This document shows positions 1-8,745 of a DNA stretch of 64,000 nucleotides, piece by piece. Each line of letters opens with the position of its first letter. Within the stretch, counting starts at the first letter, position 1. The position numbers and the translations under genes are program-made. The notes under the pieces were generated by a model, which saw nothing but the letters and a program-made list of their open reading frames with translations, had not been told where the DNA came from and did no database searches. The DNA is from Giardia intestinalis (lineage: Eukaryota), in NCBI GenBank assembly GCA_000002435.2, contig CM018790.1; one strand, written 5' to 3'.

Positions 1-843
1 TATAAAGGATTTGTATATAACATGCACCAGTACTTGCACTTTAGTGATCCACGCTATCTTTCATACGACAGGCCGATCGTCTATTTTGCTCGAGTGGGGT
101 ACCTGTCCCTCGACATCGTCAATTTCACAAAGCTGAGCTCAGAGCATGACGCTAAGAGCATCCTTCGGTTCCTTGGAGACCTGTTTTCTGAATTTGACAA
201 GAGGATTGATCGCGCGCCGCAGCTGAAACAGATAAAGTCTATTGGTGATGCGTATGAGGTAATGGGGCTTCCAGGCATACTGAAGAAGTATGGTAATGCA
301 GGAAAGAGGAGGAACAAAGACTCATATGGGCAAAAGGAGGACGATAGAATTCTCCAGCTCTATGATGGTCTGCTTTTGCTGGTCATGGCGGGCTTTGGAT
401 TCATTGAGGATTGCATAGATGTCAGTAGGAAGCACTTCAGTGACAAGGTAGATTACTTGGGGTTGCGTGTCGGGGTTTGCACGGGCGTGGCCTTTGGTTC
501 ACTCCTTGGCAGCAAGCAATTCAGATTCGACGTCTTTGGCAACGTCCCCGAAGAGGCGGATTTGATTCAGAGCGAGGCCTCCATTAACGCTATCTTCATA
601 TCATCGGATGTAAAGAAGATTTTGGAAGAGGGAGAGAGCAAGTGGAAGTCGCGATTCCATGAGTACCAGGTAGAGCAGGAGGCGTTGGGAGTGCAGGCGC
701 TCGACATCCAACACGAGCACCTTTCCTTTACATTTGTTAAGCACGTGAAGGACTCTGTCACTATGTACGAGGTACAGTCCATTAATGAATCACAGAAGCT
801 CGATCATCTATATTTTCTTTCAAAACCACTCGATCTATCGTAA
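1..843 (+). CDS. C-terminal part of a class III nucleotidyl (adenylyl/guanylyl) cyclase homology-domain protein; the 5' end lies upstream of the window
   Basis: The frame is open from position 1; the ORF track begins it at M22. Cyclase-homology-domain motifs are visible: SLDIVNFT (compare FSDIVGFT, the first metal-binding Asp), QIKSIGDAYEVMGLPG (compare KIKTIGDAYM, the second metal-binding Asp), and GLRVGVCTGVAFGSLLGSKQFRFDVFGNVPEEADLIQSEA (compare RIGIHSGxVVAGVIGxKRFRYDVWGDTVNxASRMES). Confidence 0.55.
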   Translation, partial: YKGFVYNMHQYLHFSDPRYLSYDRPIVYFARVGYLSLDIVNFTKLSSEHDAKSILRFLGDLFSEFDKRIDRAPQLKQIKSIGDAYEVMGLPGILKKYGNAGKRRNKDSYGQKEDDRILQLYDGLLLLVMAGFGFIEDCIDVSRKHFSDKVDYLGLRVGVCTGVAFGSLLGSKQFRFDVFGNVPEEADLIQSEASINAIFISSDVKKILEEGESKWKSRFHEYQVEQEALGVQALDIQHEHLSFTFVKHVKDSVTMYEVQSINESQKLDHLYFLSKPLDLS

Positions 844-848
844 AAATT

Positions 849-2783
849 ATGACGAGTAAGTCTTCGTTTCGAGCTGAGTGTCTGTTAGACACGCGGGACT
901 TTCAGGCCATAGCGCATCGCCAGGCAGTGGTGCTGGGCGAGCCCATCCCTTCCTTAGATGAAGGTCTCGAGCGCATTAAAGCAAACATTTTTTTGAATAC
1001 CGAGAAGCCGTCAGAGATCCCCACAGAGAGGCTCATCCGCTACCTCTCTGACGTGTCGCAATGCCTTCAGGCCTTTGTTACTAACTCTACACGGGCTCCA
1101 CAGGTTCTTGCCGGGACGGTAAGACACGTTGACTTCTTTGATAAACTCTATGCATTTCTGCGACTCTTGACTGAGAATGGCCGATATCATGAGCTCCTTG
1201 AAGTTGATGCCGATTCCACGTGTTCTTTCCTGCTTTCTGTTGCCGCTTTTCAGAGTGCATTTGCTCGTGAGCCCATCCTTGGCAATCCGGTGACTAGGAG
1301 TTCTTTCTTGTTTAGTGCACAGTCCTTCTTGCTTACTATCTCTTCTGTCTTGTGCCATTTTCCGCTCAATGTGGACCAGCCCATGTCACACATTAGTGTC
1401 ATCATTGGGGATGGAACCGGAAAACTGGAGGTGGCGCACGTGTTAGTTGAGCATGTGCTTATAGTTTCGTCTGCGTTCAATCTATCTGACTCTGTCTCCG
1501 TACCTGCGCAGTTTTTCCAATGGCTTAACAGAGTACTAGTCCACGTAACACCTCTCTGGTCTGTCGAGAACCTGGAGCACCTTCAGCTATGGCACCAATC
1601 AAGACAGTCCGCGGCGGAGGCTTCGTCCCCAGCGGTACACTTGACAGATGCCTTTCCGTGCATGCTTTTCTCGAGCTTACTGCGCGTCTCCCTGTTTCTG
1701 TATAGTCGGCGAGCTGTGGGCTTGAGCACAGAGACCATTGCGCTCACCATATCTAGTGCTTGTGACCTGGTAGCACAGGTTCTGAACACGATTCAAGCGC
1801 TTCGTAATTTGGCCGCTGACGCGCTGGGTTCTGTCGAGCCTGGACGACGCTCAGCTTGTTCTAGATTGTCTCCAGTTAGCTTTCTTGAAGATGCACAGCT
1901 CTTTTCATTTTTCAGCAAGCTCTGTCTGTGGTGTGTGCGACTGTTGGATTGTCTCATCTCACAGATTTTCAAGCCAGATGGGTTCTCTGCGTGCACATAC
2001 ACAGGTCCACACGGTGATGAGTCACCAAAAGCAAGCGACGCTCCCAGACTTGGCTTGGACGTCTTTACGGAGATGTTCTTCCAGCACAATGGTTGGTCTC
2101 TTCTGATGCAGCTCTTGCACTACACAACTGACGGCATTCTTGACGATCATATGGAACCGCCCGTCACTGAGCTCCTTAGTCAGATTACGCACTGTGCTGA
2201 TATGGGTTGGATCAAAGATCACGGCTACCTCTGCTCAGGCTTTTCAACAAGGCTGGCATATATCCTTGTCAAGAGCCATAGCCGAAATGCAAAGCTTGCA
2301 GCGTTCTACACCCTTTGCAACCTCGTCATCGACCAGGGATATGCGTTCGTGGCGGTAGAGCACGTTATAAGCGCATGTATTAAGAACTTCAAATCCACAA
2401 TTTTGACCGTTGTTTACGAAGCGAACCGCCTCCTTGTGCTTCTGCTCCAACTGGGCAAAGTGGAGGACAGGGATGTCTATCAGACTGCCCTCCTACACAT
2501 GATCAACCAAAAGATAACTTCAAAGCTCATTCGATCTTTCATGATGACTGCCCAGTCTGCACAAACCCATCAGACCCTTCCCAAGGAGTTGCGGAAGCTG
2601 GCATCGATGCAGCTCAAGCTTTTCTCCGAACTCATAGAGTGTGGGAAAGAACACGAAGAGTTTATTACACCTATATTCGAGACGAGAGACGAGCTTTCTA
2701 TAGCAATCGAAGAGCTTGACGTGCGAGGTCCAGAAAGTCTCTCCGTTAGTTGCAGACAGCTCATTGATTTAATTTATATGTGA
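849..2783 (+). CDS. hypothetical protein, 644 aa, no recognisable domain
   Basis: Long ORF starting 5 bp after the previous stop in an A-rich context (cgtaaaaattATG). Its last 23 bp overlap the 3' end of the convergent gene at 2761-8043. Confidence 0.55.
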   Translation: MTSKSSFRAECLLDTRDFQAIAHRQAVVLGEPIPSLDEGLERIKANIFLNTEKPSEIPTERLIRYLSDVSQCLQAFVTNSTRAPQVLAGTVRHVDFFDKLYAFLRLLTENGRYHELLEVDADSTCSFLLSVAAFQSAFAREPILGNPVTRSSFLFSAQSFLLTISSVLCHFPLNVDQPMSHISVIIGDGTGKLEVAHVLVEHVLIVSSAFNLSDSVSVPAQFFQWLNRVLVHVTPLWSVENLEHLQLWHQSRQSAAEASSPAVHLTDAFPCMLFSSLLRVSLFLYSRRAVGLSTETIALTISSACDLVAQVLNTIQALRNLAADALGSVEPGRRSACSRLSPVSFLEDAQLFSFFSKLCLWCVRLLDCLISQIFKPDGFSACTYTGPHGDESPKASDAPRLGLDVFTEMFFQHNGWSLLMQLLHYTTDGILDDHMEPPVTELLSQITHCADMGWIKDHGYLCSGFSTRLAYILVKSHSRNAKLAAFYTLCNLVIDQGYAFVAVEHVISACIKNFKSTILTVVYEANRLLVLLLQLGKVEDRDVYQTALLHMINQKITSKLIRSFMMTAQSAQTHQTLPKELRKLASMQLKLFSELIECGKEHEEFITPIFETRDELSIAIEELDVRGPESLSVSCRQLIDLIYM

Positions 2784-5700
2784 GAATGTTTGATAGCTCG
2801 TCTGCCAGACCATTGCAATCGTAGACAGAAGGCCGGGGGTGTTTTTCCATCAGTATCTTACTTGTGTATTTACGCTTAACAAAACAGTCGTATCCAAGCG
2901 AGATTTTATCGGACTGTAGTTTCGATATGACGCCTGCTTGGAGAATCGCTAGATGGATTGGTTGAATCATGGCACTCTGAGTTGAGACGCCCAACACAGA
3001 ATTAGACACAGCCTCAAACGCAGAGCATGCGTTAAGTAAAGCATTATTTCCTAGCATATAGCTTGTTATGAGGCTGGAGTTGACTGAATAAATTATTGAT
3101 CTGAGGAGAGTACAGAACTGGGGAAACGGATTGCCGTTCATGTCAATCTCTTTAACGATGGAGGTGAGGTAATTGTGATGTCTGGAGGGAGATGTGTCCT
3201 CCTCAGGCCTTAGAGGAGTGCTGTGTGCCTCTCGAAGTGTTGAAAAAGTTGAGATGTCGGGAAAAGTGACCTGCTCGTAAGAGCTTCCATAGTCGGATCC
3301 AGATAGTTGTGTCGACACATAGGTCGTTGACTCTTCTATTCTCCTGCTCTTTCCAATCTTTTCATAAAGCTGCGGCCCCGCGTATAATCCTGTAACTGTA
3401 TTGTGTCCACCACTTCCCTCTGCTGATCCGCAAATATCCACAGGACGCTCAGCGGAGCCCTCAACTGGAGATGTTGGAGAGAGATCCTTGCGGAGTTCTT
3501 CGAGCGTCTTCTGCATGACAGGGTTATCAATGTCTAAACCGGCTGGAGAATCTGCTGCAAGAAGAGAGATTGAAATAGCTTCAGGAGAGAGTTGTATCGG
3601 CCCAGGTATAGAGTTCGATCGTCGAATACGCGGACAAAGCGATTCCAAGAACATGCTATCGTCCATGGAAAGCTCGTCGCTGTTCCCATGGTCAAGAAGG
3701 TTTGCTCCAGGCGAGTCGCTAGCTTTGTTCGCTGTTGGGATATCGTAATTCTCTTGTAGCTGGGAGCAAAGAGGAAATAGCGCATCAATTGTCTTCATTA
3801 GTGTGCACACAGTGGGGTAAAATGCTGGATCAGGTGCGCCATTGATCCCCCCTATTTCTCTGAGAAGTGTTGCAGGCATCAGATAGTCGTCAGAAAGAGC
3901 CGTGCTTGGTGCGCAAGATTCTCGGCCACCTTGGTCACAAATGTGAAAGAGTCCTATGTAGTCCTCTATATTTGGGGTTTTCTTAGTCCGGATTTCGTAT
4001 TCAGGAGGTAATATGACACGCCCTTGGGTACCGTCCGGGGGTTCACAGATAGTCTCAAATGTTTCGTTCTGATTGAGTGGAAGGTGAGTGTTTAGTATGC
4101 GTGTGATGGACGGTAGAACAAGTGGGACGCCTTTGTGAACGGGTAGAACAATGTCCTCCATCCGCTTGTCACGAGATGGGTTTGGACTTCCTTGTCCTGA
4201 GGTGGACCCTGATCCAGGCGGGTTAGTTTGGCCAATGCATGTCTTACTCAACTTCTTGATAAAGCCTCCAATGATAGAGTCGTGATCGTATAGATCTCCG
4301 TCGCCCCTCTCGATGTTACTAGCGTCAGAGCTCATATCTATGATAGATTGCATCCCTGGTAGAGTATATGGCTTGATAGCAACAGATGCTGTTTTGTTAC
4401 TCAGATACGTGTCCAGAGTATTGACGTCCTCGCGTAGCATCGTCTCTGGAACGTACGGGCGGACCTCAATTGGTTGGTGAGAAACAGCATCAAAGGTGCC
4501 TTTGTAGCACATAGAATCGTCAATCAATCCAACAGCAGATGCTTCTGAATCGTGCTGAAGTAGGGCCAAGAGCAGATCTGACTGCTGAGTGTTGTGATAT
4601 GCACTTGGTAGCGAGCCGCTGGGCTCTGCAAAACTGCTCTCTACCCCGTCACTGCCAGGGATCGGTGTGTCTGCAGACCCTTTATAGGATAACATGGCCA
4701 GGGAGCCTCTCTGTATCTTGTCTTCGTAGCCCAAGTGTACACTCAATTTAGAGGAAGGGTCTTTCGAATCCACACTTTCTGCATGCGACTTTTCGTGTGT
4801 CTGAATAATGCTTTCGGTCATCGCTTCTAGATTGCGAGATTGTGTGTCAACCTTAGTAGATGAGGAGAGCGAATTGAGATCCATCTGCTCGGTTTCATTC
4901 TCCTTGCAGCTCTCTTGCATATCTGAAAATATCTTAATGTTGAGACTGTTCTGAGCGGACGGCGGGAGCTTGTAGAATGATTTCGCAAGGTAACGATAGA
5001 TCTCGATAAATGCGTCATCCAATGGTTCAAAGGCCTCAAGTGGGTCTTGCTCCGCTGACTCGGCGTCATCACTTATCCCGAAAGCCCCGGATCGCCGTTC
5101 CTGCTGCATGATATTCTTATAAATATCACCTACCTGAAAGTATCCGTAACGAAAGTTGAGAGATTCTCTAACGAAATCCTGATAAAATGTGTACATGACG
5201 GTATCGTATGCAGAGAAGCTATCATAGTGGTGCATCTTGTTTGTATTTTGAAATATGTATTCATCTATGAGCTCACTTTGAAAATTATCTCCAAGAGTAG
5301 TATCACACAGCAGCTTTCCCATTCCTGCCGCTTCTGGAGCCTGTAGCTCAGTGGACTGCATCGAAATGTCCAGAAGTGAACCGTCTCTAGAGACCGGTGT
5401 TGAACACATGTAGTTGTTCATGAGCTCATGCCGAATGTCGTAAAGCGGTTTATAAAGTACCCTATCAGGAATGAGATCTTCAATGCCTCGGAAGGGAACC
5501 TTTATGGGCGCTACAAGGTCTATTTTCCCCTGGAGATCAGTTAGCACATGGGCTGGGAAGAAGTCAGCTGCAGCATCTTGAAGGATTTCGGTTGCTCGAA
5601 TGCAGTTGCTGAACCCAATGGATGAAAAGGTAGCTTGCATGAGCAGATCACAGTACGATTGGAAGGACTTCTGCGTGTATTCTAACGAGGAAACATGTTT

Positions 5701-8043
5701 GACAGACACGGAACTCAAAGGACTCTTGACCACGGGCTTTTGGGCCCGTAGAAACGCACCGGTCCCATTAACAATCGCCCCCATCATTCCTATTGTCCCA
5801 GCATCAATATTAGTATCGGCACCGGCGCCAGGAGTCAGTGTGTCGCCATAGTACTCGATTGACTTAATCAGAGTCTCATGGAATGCATGCTGCTGTGTCC
5901 GGAAGATACGCTCTCGCCAGGTAGTAAACGAGGAGGTGCGACAGGTTGGGCTGCTACTGCGAGGGAGGTCATACGGATCCACCTGGATGCGGCTTCCCAT
6001 CGCGCTCAGGCACTCGTTGAGCTTTTCTGCCACCACATCATATGGCTTCTGTTCGCGAGTGACAATAAACATGATTATGTTGGCGAGCTGTCTGTGCATC
6101 GACACCTTGTATTCCGAAAGGGTCATGGAGTTTTGAAGAGGCCTGTATATGTTGAGTCCGCATAATAGTTCGCGATACTTCTCTATATGCACATGGGATC
6201 GTACGTGATCGAAGTAGTTCATATAGTTGACGCCACAAACGGCACACTTGCCTCGTGACCTGTCCTCTTGAAGGCCCTCGTCGTTATCCTCTGGTTCGCT
6301 AATCTGGCGCCGATGGGATGCGCTATTCGTATAATCTGCAAGGAAGCGCAGAGGTATTCCGAACTTGTTCAGCGAGGCCACTGAGGAAGCCATTGAGCGC
6401 CGTTTCGAAGATGCCACAAGACCCTCAGAGCTACTTCGTGTCATCTTGTTAATTCTGTGCATGTTTTTGCAGAGATATGTAACAGCATTGATGAGTTGGA
6501 AGGTGGTAAAGGGACGGCCGTTCCGAGGAACAGCGATCACCTTGTCGGGGCAGCGTGCTGGTCGTATAACAATTACATCGTCTGAGTCTCTTGCACGCAG
6601 GCGGGCTATCTCAGACTCGACGCGGTTCTCTGTGGTATCGAAGATAGAGGTGGTGTAGGGTGTCTGTGCGAAGTATGGCAAGGACAATAGCTGATCAGCA
6701 TCTTGCTTGTTGGCTGAGTAGTAGTCATCTAAGAAATAGGATCCTAGCGGAGAGGCCACCAAAGGCGCTCGACTGTCCCACGAGGACCATGTCCTCTTTG
6801 TCCTGGAAAACTCTAATAGGCGGTATCCAAAAACAAGCCCTAGCTCGTCGTAATCCATGATAAGGTCCGGATAGACGCTGGCTATGTCCGGCGTAATAGG
6901 GAGCTTTGAAAAGTCCACATCCGGAAATCCAGATTGATCCTTTTCGACAACCTTTTTATCACAGCAAAAGTCGCGTGGCTTGACTGAGGCTGTACGGGTG
7001 GCTTTAACGTTGGCTAAACTGTCCTTGATTAGCTCCAGGGCGTAGCGCGCCTCATGTATAGCATTGTAATAGATTTTAGCCAGCATGGCAACCGATGCTT
7101 TTACCGTGTTTTCATAGAACGCATACCCTCTGGTCAGTTCTCCCGACAGTTTGATAACGCTTTCTCCTTTATGGATTGCTAGCTCAATGTTTGGCATAAT
7201 CTGAGGAACGGCGACTTGCGGGCGGATGAAAAGCCTGGGAAGCGGAATGTTCGGGATACAGTTGTCTAAATAAAGTCCTACGGGCCGACAATCGTTGACA
7301 TAGTACAGGACCGATGAGGGGTTGTCGCATAGCATAGGAAGCATCTGGATTGGAGTGTACGATTGGTTATTAAGAAAGGTCGGTGGCACGACGGCAGAGA
7401 CGCCGAGGGGGACGTCGCACTTGACAGAATCAGAGAACTGGGGGGCATACAGATGATACATGTCCTGAATGGCAAAGACCATAGAGAGAACCTGTGCACT
7501 ATCTCCACGCATGGCGCTTACGAAAGACATTCCATTGGTTGACGCTGTCTGCACGGTGTGCTGGATCATGGCGATATTGTTTCCAAAAGAGCCTGCAGCT
7601 GACGATGAGTTTGTCCAGCCATTGATAAGCGGTGCCTGAGAAACGTAAGATATGGGCAGACCCAGGCGATTTGCAACGATCTCATTGAACTTCAGCTGGG
7701 CTTTAACGCAGCTATCTATGAGGCTCTCAATAAAGAAATCGGGGACTATCATAAAGGCATAGCCTACAAGCTGCCTCTGCAGCGATTCAGAGATCGTTCC
7801 TTTGCCACTACGAACCACAAAAATCGACCGCGTCGGAAAACAACGCCGGACCGCAGCATCGTCCAGATCGGCTGATGTAATAACAGAAAGGTTAAGTTGA
7901 TGGCACTTTTTGGCCAATTTTGTGCGCTGGAGTGATTGCATATCGTCCGTGAACAAGATAGAATAGTCGACCGCCAGATCAGTTAAGCACCGCGGCGTAA
8001 AATCGCGCGGTGCAGGATTGCAATTGCTGGACGCAATGGTCAT
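2761..8043 (-). CDS. large hypothetical protein, 1760 aa; contains one C2H2-like Cys2His2 spacing (CAVCGVNYMNYFDHVRSHVH)
   Basis: Uninterrupted 5.3-kb ORF with an A/T-rich region upstream of the ATG on the minus strand. No kinase, P-loop or other signature recognised by eye. Confidence 0.7.
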   Translation of the reverse strand: MTIASSNCNPAPRDFTPRCLTDLAVDYSILFTDDMQSLQRTKLAKKCHQLNLSVITSADLDDAAVRRCFPTRSIFVVRSGKGTISESLQRQLVGYAFMIVPDFFIESLIDSCVKAQLKFNEIVANRLGLPISYVSQAPLINGWTNSSSAAGSFGNNIAMIQHTVQTASTNGMSFVSAMRGDSAQVLSMVFAIQDMYHLYAPQFSDSVKCDVPLGVSAVVPPTFLNNQSYTPIQMLPMLCDNPSSVLYYVNDCRPVGLYLDNCIPNIPLPRLFIRPQVAVPQIMPNIELAIHKGESVIKLSGELTRGYAFYENTVKASVAMLAKIYYNAIHEARYALELIKDSLANVKATRTASVKPRDFCCDKKVVEKDQSGFPDVDFSKLPITPDIASVYPDLIMDYDELGLVFGYRLLEFSRTKRTWSSWDSRAPLVASPLGSYFLDDYYSANKQDADQLLSLPYFAQTPYTTSIFDTTENRVESEIARLRARDSDDVIVIRPARCPDKVIAVPRNGRPFTTFQLINAVTYLCKNMHRINKMTRSSSEGLVASSKRRSMASSVASLNKFGIPLRFLADYTNSASHRRQISEPEDNDEGLQEDRSRGKCAVCGVNYMNYFDHVRSHVHIEKYRELLCGLNIYRPLQNSMTLSEYKVSMHRQLANIIMFIVTREQKPYDVVAEKLNECLSAMGSRIQVDPYDLPRSSSPTCRTSSFTTWRERIFRTQQHAFHETLIKSIEYYGDTLTPGAGADTNIDAGTIGMMGAIVNGTGAFLRAQKPVVKSPLSSVSVKHVSSLEYTQKSFQSYCDLLMQATFSSIGFSNCIRATEILQDAAADFFPAHVLTDLQGKIDLVAPIKVPFRGIEDLIPDRVLYKPLYDIRHELMNNYMCSTPVSRDGSLLDISMQSTELQAPEAAGMGKLLCDTTLGDNFQSELIDEYIFQNTNKMHHYDSFSAYDTVMYTFYQDFVRESLNFRYGYFQVGDIYKNIMQQERRSGAFGISDDAESAEQDPLEAFEPLDDAFIEIYRYLAKSFYKLPPSAQNSLNIKIFSDMQESCKENETEQMDLNSLSSSTKVDTQSRNLEAMTESIIQTHEKSHAESVDSKDPSSKLSVHLGYEDKIQRGSLAMLSYKGSADTPIPGSDGVESSFAEPSGSLPSAYHNTQQSDLLLALLQHDSEASAVGLIDDSMCYKGTFDAVSHQPIEVRPYVPETMLREDVNTLDTYLSNKTASVAIKPYTLPGMQSIIDMSSDASNIERGDGDLYDHDSIIGGFIKKLSKTCIGQTNPPGSGSTSGQGSPNPSRDKRMEDIVLPVHKGVPLVLPSITRILNTHLPLNQNETFETICEPPDGTQGRVILPPEYEIRTKKTPNIEDYIGLFHICDQGGRESCAPSTALSDDYLMPATLLREIGGINGAPDPAFYPTVCTLMKTIDALFPLCSQLQENYDIPTANKASDSPGANLLDHGNSDELSMDDSMFLESLCPRIRRSNSIPGPIQLSPEAISISLLAADSPAGLDIDNPVMQKTLEELRKDLSPTSPVEGSAERPVDICGSAEGSGGHNTVTGLYAGPQLYEKIGKSRRIEESTTYVSTQLSGSDYGSSYEQVTFPDISTFSTLREAHSTPLRPEEDTSPSRHHNYLTSIVKEIDMNGNPFPQFCTLLRSIIYSVNSSLITSYMLGNNALLNACSAFEAVSNSVLGVSTQSAMIQPIHLAILQAGVISKLQSDKISLGYDCFVKRKYTSKILMEKHPRPSVYDCNGLADELSNILTYKLNQ

Positions 8044-8087
8044 TGGGCTGCTCTCCTGTTTCCTATTAAATTGTTTTAGTCCTTTCT

Positions 8088-8735
8088 ATGTTCATAAGCC
8101 TACAAGTAATTGACACAGTCCGGGTGCCCCCGTCGTCACAAACACGGTACTTAGAAAGCAAGCTTCTGGAAATTCTTACAGCCAGCTTCTGTGGACGCGT
8201 CTTGGCCAATTGTGGCATATGCCTACTCATCGAAAGAATCACTAATCTCAGCGAGCAGAGGATTGTGCATAATGATTGCAACACATACGTGACTGTTTGC
8301 TTTTCAATCATCGCGTTTCGGCCCTACATTGGGGAAATCTTTACAGCATTTCTTGTCAGTCAACACCCTATGCACGGACTTGCCCTCAGCACTGGGTTCT
8401 GTGACACGATCATTGTACCACCTTCCAACCTTCCAGAATATCTTATGTGGAATAATGAGCGTCAGGGCTTTACTAACTTACCCGACTTCGAATCAGAACT
8501 AGACTTTGAACTCGGGGGTGAAATTAAGATCAAAGTGGTGGACGTCATCTTCAGAACGAATGAGGATACTACCAGCATGGGGCTTGGGAATGCTCTAGAG
8601 GGGGAGGAGCTGTCCCAGGACCTTATCGGCTCGTGGGGAGCAATAGTTAATAGCAAGAGTAAGTTTATAGTAGTAGGGAGCTGTACGGGGCCTGGGCTGG
8701 GTGATGTTCGATGGTGGCGAGAAGATGCAAATTAA
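8088..8735 (+). CDS. possible small hypothetical protein, 215 aa, uncertain
   Basis: The only sizeable ORF in an unusually long 700-bp divergent spacer. There is no recognisable domain, and an 81-aa antisense ORF overlaps its start. Confidence 0.25.
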   Translation: MFISLQVIDTVRVPPSSQTRYLESKLLEILTASFCGRVLANCGICLLIERITNLSEQRIVHNDCNTYVTVCFSIIAFRPYIGEIFTAFLVSQHPMHGLALSTGFCDTIIVPPSNLPEYLMWNNERQGFTNLPDFESELDFELGGEIKIKVVDVIFRTNEDTTSMGLGNALEGEELSQDLIGSWGAIVNSKSKFIVVGSCTGPGLGDVRWWREDAN

Positions 8736-8745
8736 TTGAATTTCT

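Noticed and set aside
4748-4780. tRNA T-loop-like motif ggtctttcgaatcc
   Set aside because: There is no complementary T-stem, no acceptor or anticodon arm context, and it lies inside a long CDS. No other tRNA-like structures were found in the window.
8700-8730. GTAAGTTTATAG...TAG resembling a 5' splice site inside the uncertain ORF 8088-8735
   Set aside because: It lacks the conserved branch and 3' motif (ACTAACACACAG-like) seen in this lineage's few cis-introns. The resemblance is most likely coincidental.
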